64,000 nt of DNA, taken from contig CAWJRG010000001.1 in NCBI GenBank assembly GCA_963845185.1, positions 32,001-96,000 on the forward strand, read 5' to 3'. Under the pieces are notes generated by a model. The model was given only the letters and a program-made list of their open reading frames with translations. It ran no database searches and had not been told where the DNA came from. The position numbers were made by a program, and so were the translations under genes. The DNA is from an uncultured bacterium (lineage in GTDB: Bacteria > Oederibacteriota > PGYV01 > CAWJRG01). This document shows, in pieces, positions 62,956 through 64,000 of the stretch (positions within the stretch are counted from its first letter, which is position 1; the number at the start of each line of letters is the position of its first letter).

Positions 62956-63140
62956 ATGCGAGCCCCTGACTACTCTCTGTAAAAACAAAAAATGCAAGGA
63001 ATAAATCCCCGCTTAACGGGACTAGGTCACCTCGCCGCTACCCGCGGCTCCTCGACCCCGGGTAATCGCTTTCGTTCGCCTCAGTCTCACTTTTCCTCCT
63101 GTTCGTCGGCGCGATTACCCTTCGAGTCCCTGACTACTCA
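62956..63140 (-). repeat. tRNA-Asp 3'-fragment-associated structured repeat
   Basis: ccctgactactc occurs twice; acgggact T-arm fragment is closed by ttcgagtccc. Confidence 0.6.
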
Positions 63141-63142
63141 TT

Positions 63143-63189
63143 ATAAATGCAAAAGCCCTCAGGGATAAACCCTAAAGGCTTTGCATTTA

Positions 63190-63190
<1 letters not shown>
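63143..63190 (-). terminator. Hairpin immediately 3' of tRNA-Asp
   Basis: ataaatgcaaa(a)gcc...ggctttgcatttat. Confidence 0.55.
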
Positions 63191-63268
<78 letters not shown>

Positions 63269-63346
63269 AATATAATTTCTATTACCTTGCTCTACTATTC
63301 AACTTTCTACTATCAACTTTCTCCAAAATTTTGCTCTGCAAAATTT

Positions 63347-63475
63347 TGGAGTGGGAGACGGGGCTTGACTACTCCGCCCTTACTTCAGGGCTGCGCAGTC
63401 CCACCTCGCTCACTTCCACTCGGCTCCGCCTCGTTCTTCCTCGCTTTTCGCTCGGCGTTCGTTCGCTTCAAGCCC
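63347..63475 (-). repeat. tRNA-Gly 3'-fragment with inserted structured sequence
   Basis: tggagtgggagacggggcttga matches the tRNA-Gly 3' end; closed by ttcaagccc. Confidence 0.7.
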
Positions 63476-63497
63476 TAAAATCATATTATAATTTCTC

Positions 63498-63572
63498 TGG
63501 AGCGGGAGACGGGGCTTGAACCCGCGGCATCCAGCTTGGAAGGCTAGCGCTCTACCACTGAGCTACTCCCGC
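63498..63572 (-). tRNA. tRNA-Gly(TCC)
   Basis: Cloverleaf, anticodon loop ctTCCaa, encoded CCA. Confidence 0.95.
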
Positions 63573-63618
63573 TTGTTTATTTTACAATATCCATTATTAA
63601 AATCTTTTTAAAGACCAA

Positions 63619-63893
63619 TGCGCGAGACGGGGCTTGGTCACCTCGCGCCTACCCGGCGCTCCTCGACCCCCTCGCCTGCCTTTCGCTCGCTCCTGCTCGC
63701 TTTTCATCCACAGGATGCGGCAGGCTCGCATTAGGCTAAATACAGCCTAATCCCGCGGCATCCAGCTTGGAAGGCTAGTGCTCTGAGATGTTGTGCGAGT
63801 ATTACGAGCACTCGAAAATCAATGCTTATCGTCATCTCATCTTGTCCGCCGCAGCTCAAAGAGCTATGGCGGACTCCACTGAGCTACACCCGC
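63619..63893 (-). pseudogene. tRNA-Gly(TCC) copy with insertions in the T-loop and D-loop
   Basis: Three colinear tRNA pieces at 63619-63636, 63749-63784 and 63876-63893. Confidence 0.8.
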
Positions 63894-63944
63894 CCGCAAT
63901 AAATTATTTCCCAATTCTTTTTAATTGTCAATGAAAATGAGTCC

Positions 63945-64000
63945 TGGAGCTGGCGAGTGGACTCGAACCACCGACCGTCCGCTTACAAGGCGGATGCTCC
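63945..64000 (-). tRNA. tRNA-Thr(TGT), 5' part outside the window
   Basis: Anticodon loop ctTGTaa, T-arm, CCA. Confidence 0.9.

Noticed and set aside
63025..63059. HDV-like/theta ribozyme next to the tRNAs
   Set aside because: TCCTCG resembles the L3 loop, but no 3-bp P3 or nested pseudoknot could be built, and it lies antisense to the tRNAs.

Overview
64-kb window from a diderm (LPS-producing) bacterium, with most genes on the minus strand. Left end (1-9.1 kb): a conserved envelope operon (zinc-ribbon protein, kdsD, kdsC, lipid A acyltransferase, lptC, lptA-like, lptB, and a TPR-SpoIID/LytB protein missed by the ORF track), plus GNAT and GT2 genes. From about 10 to 62 kb the window is dominated by six large secreted proteins with Thr-rich, mucin-like stalks. 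Five of them end in a T9SS-type-A/FlgD-Ig-like C-terminal domain. They are interspersed with a PorV/PorQ-like barrel and two DUF2723 (TMEM260-like, putative protein O-mannosyltransferase)-TPR genes, which together suggest a dedicated secreted-glycoprotein system. Two of the giant genes share a matching ECF-type promoter, and one is split by a single extra base. Two near-identical IS1182-family copies are present: one carries a nested IS3-like element, the other disrupts an outer-membrane barrel gene. Notable non-coding signals are a two-copy, covarying RNA-like motif (7.7 kb and 24.5 kb), a structured leader with a terminator (23.0-23.2 kb), an in-frame palindromic insertion in one DUF2723 gene, and a tRNA cluster (Asp, Gly, partial Thr) with tRNA-fragment repeats and a doubly interrupted tRNA-Gly copy. 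All family assignments come from motif recognition by eye; no database search was run.
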